The notes under the pieces were generated by a model. It did not search any database, was not told the DNA's origin, and saw only the letters and a program-made list of their open reading frames with translations. A program made the position numbers and the translations under genes. A stretch of DNA of 64,000 nucleotides from an uncultured delta proteobacterium (GTDB taxonomy: Bacteria; Desulfobacterota; Desulfobacteria; Desulfobacterales; Desulfosalsimonadaceae). Below are positions 62,052-64,000 of the stretch, in pieces (position 1 is the stretch's first letter; every line of letters begins with the position of its first letter). The DNA lies in the NCBI GenBank assembly GCA_963826785.1, contig CAWGYD010000010.1:96001-160000 (forward strand). Direction: 5' to 3'.

Positions 62052-64000
62052 TTATCCGATCACGCACAGGACGTTGTTTTTGGCCACTGAATCGCCGACC
62101 TTGTAGTTGATCGCCTTGATGGTGCCGCTCACCGGTGCCGGCAGAGAGTTTTCCATTTTCATGGCTTCAAGCACCACCACCGATTCGCCTTCCTTCACCG
62201 TGTCGCCCACCTGTTTTTCATACCGGACGATCATGCCGGGCATGGGGGCCTTGAGCGGGGTTCCTTCCGCGGAAGCCGCTGCCGCAGGCTGCGGCGCCGA
62301 CGGCTGTGCAGCGGCCGGACGGGGGGCGGCGGGCTGGGGCGGCGCAGGTGCCGGCTGTGCCGGGGCGGGTCGGGGTGCCGGTGCCGCGGAAGCCTGCCGG
62401 GCCGGCTTTGACGGTGCGGGCGCAGGCTGGGCCTGGGGCGGCTGGGTATAGGTGATCGCGGGGGGGCCGCCGGGTTCGTCCACCAGCACTTCGAAATACT
62501 CGTCGTCCACGAACACATTGAAGGTACGGGCATATTCGCTTTTTTCCGGAACGGGTTTTTCCGACGGCTCCACCAGTTTTCCCGCCTTGGCCTTTTTCAC
62601 CATTTCCTGCTCGAGCAGGCACTCATCCAGTGATTTGGGTTGCAATTCGGGCGGCGGGGTCTCCTTGCCGTACTTGTACATGAGAAACTTCTTTCCGGTG
62701 ACCGGGTAGAGGGCATAGAGCAGGATGTCTTCCATCTGGGTGGTGATATCCTTGAGATCCTCTTTGGCCTTTTCCAGTTCCGGCTCCAGGATTTCCGCGG
62801 GACGGACCGTGATGGGTTTCTCGCCCCGGGGATACCCCTTCAACGCCTTTTTCTGGACTTTGGAGTTAATCGCCGCCGGCGTCTTGCCGTACAGTCCGTA
62901 GCAGAGGTCCTTCACCTGGGCGGTGATCATCTTGTATCTTTCCGATTCATCATCAAAAAGCACGTTGTTGACGGTCTGGATGCCCACGATCTGGCTGGTG
63001 GGCGTCACCAGCGGGATCTGCCCCAGATCCCTGCGCACCTTGGGAAGTTCTTCATACACTTCATTGATCCGATCCAGGGCATCCATCTCCTTGAGCTGGT
63101 TAACCAGGTTGGAGAGCATGCCTCCCGGGGTCTGGTGGAGCAACACGTTGATGTCGATGATGGAAACCTTTGATTCATCGAGCAGATGCCGGTATTTGGG
63201 AAGAACATCCTTCTCCAGGATGTTGTTGATCTTGGCCAGGGACTTGATATCCAGGCCGGTATCCCGGCTGGTTCCGATCAGGGACATGATCAGCGGTTCC
63301 ACTGCCGGATGGGAGGTCCGGTAGGCATAAGTGGACAAGCAGGTATCGAGAATGTCCACACCGGCTTCCACCGCCTTCAAATGGGTCATGGGGGCCATGC
63401 CCGAGGTGAAATGGCTGTGCAGATGGATGGGAATGGACGTGCTGCTCTTGAGCGCGCTGATGAGTTCATAGGCATCATAGGGGGCCATGAGTCCGGCCAT
63501 GTCCTTGATGCAGATGGAGTCGGCCCCCATCTTCTCCAGGTCCTTGGCCTTATCCAGGTAATACTGGGTGTTGTAGATCTCACCGCCCATTCTCGGTTCG
63601 GTCAGGGAATAGCAGATGCAGCCCTGGAAATGCTTCTTGGTGTCCTTGATGGCCTTGACCACCGTTTCAAAATTGCGGTAGTCGTTTAACGCATCAAAGG
63701 TGCGGAAGATGTCCATGCCGTTTTCGGCAGCCGTTTCCACAAAGGCCTTGGCCACATCATCCGCGTAATTGCGGTAGCCCACCAGGTTCTGGCCCCGAAG
63801 CAGCATGGAAAAGGGCGTCTTTTTCATGTAGCGCTTCAGTGTCCGGATGCGCTCCCAGGGGTCCTCGTTCAAAAACCGGTGCATGGTGTCGAAGGTCGCC
63901 CCGCCCCAGGTCTCCACCGCCCAGAAGCCGACCTCGTCCATCATTTCGGCCACCGGCAGCATGTCCTCGGTCCGGCCCCGGGTGGCAAACAGCGACTGGT
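62052..64000 (-). CDS. pycB: Pyruvate carboxylase subunit B / carboxyltransferase with biotin carrier (5' end outside window)
   Basis: QSLFATR at the edge, WGGATFD, IKDMAG, HSH, PGGM, LVTPTSQ, Pro/Ala linker, EAMKM biotin site. Confidence 0.88.
   Translation of the reverse strand, partial: QSLFATRGRTEDMLPVAEMMDEVGFWAVETWGGATFDTMHRFLNEDPWERIRTLKRYMKKTPFSMLLRGQNLVGYRNYADDVAKAFVETAAENGMDIFRTFDALNDYRNFETVVKAIKDTKKHFQGCICYSLTEPRMGGEIYNTQYYLDKAKDLEKMGADSICIKDMAGLMAPYDAYELISALKSSTSIPIHLHSHFTSGMAPMTHLKAVEAGVDILDTCLSTYAYRTSHPAVEPLIMSLIGTSRDTGLDIKSLAKINNILEKDVLPKYRHLLDESKVSIIDINVLLHQTPGGMLSNLVNQLKEMDALDRINEVYEELPKVRRDLGQIPLVTPTSQIVGIQTVNNVLFDDESERYKMITAQVKDLCYGLYGKTPAAINSKVQKKALKGYPRGEKPITVRPAEILEPELEKAKEDLKDITTQMEDILLYALYPVTGKKFLMYKYGKETPPPELQPKSLDECLLEQEMVKKAKAGKLVEPSEKPVPEKSEYARTFNVFVDDEYFEVLVDEPGGPPAITYTQPPQAQPAPAPSKPARQASAAPAPRPAPAQPAPAPPQPAAPRPAAAQPSAPQPAAAASAEGTPLKAPMPGMIVRYEKQVGDTVKEGESVVVLEAMKMENSLPAPVSGTIKAINYKVGDSVAKNNVLCVIG

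Noticed and set aside
62270..62450. Very GC-rich repetitive stretch
   Set aside because: Encodes the ordinary Pro/Ala linker before the biotin-carrier domain.

Overview
A 64 kb window of GC-rich bacterial chromosome. Gene content suggests a sulfate-reducer-type Desulfobacterota (Desulfobacterales-like); this is inferred from protein families only. Most of it is housekeeping and metabolism: mdh, uvrBC, cysS, ispF, panE, manA, queEC, an rpsA-like gene, sdh/frdCAB, sucCD and a biotin carboxyltransferase. I found no rRNA, tRNA, CRISPR array or transposase. Uncharacterised modules stand out. (1) 33.5-48.0 kb: an envelope locus with an AsmA/YdbH-like bridge protein, a DUF1318 lipoprotein, a ~2850-aa exported beta-propeller/TPR/CHAT caspase-like protease (His/Cys dyad intact), an SH3 protein and an M48 peptidase; three of these carry a similar xRG motif. 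(2) An Fn3 x3 + GGCFI sorting signal + second signal peptide + outer-membrane barrel ORF that looks like a polyprotein. (3) A DUF2760 + double Hsp70 chaperone triad. (4) An MshEN-PilT fusion followed by a diguanylate cyclase. (5) A glycosyltransferase + HAD pair downstream of manA. (6) A 59-aa Cys-rich ORF missing from the ORF track. Four single-base frameshifts (uvrC, the AsmA-like gene, two in the CHAT gene) are most simply assembly indel errors.
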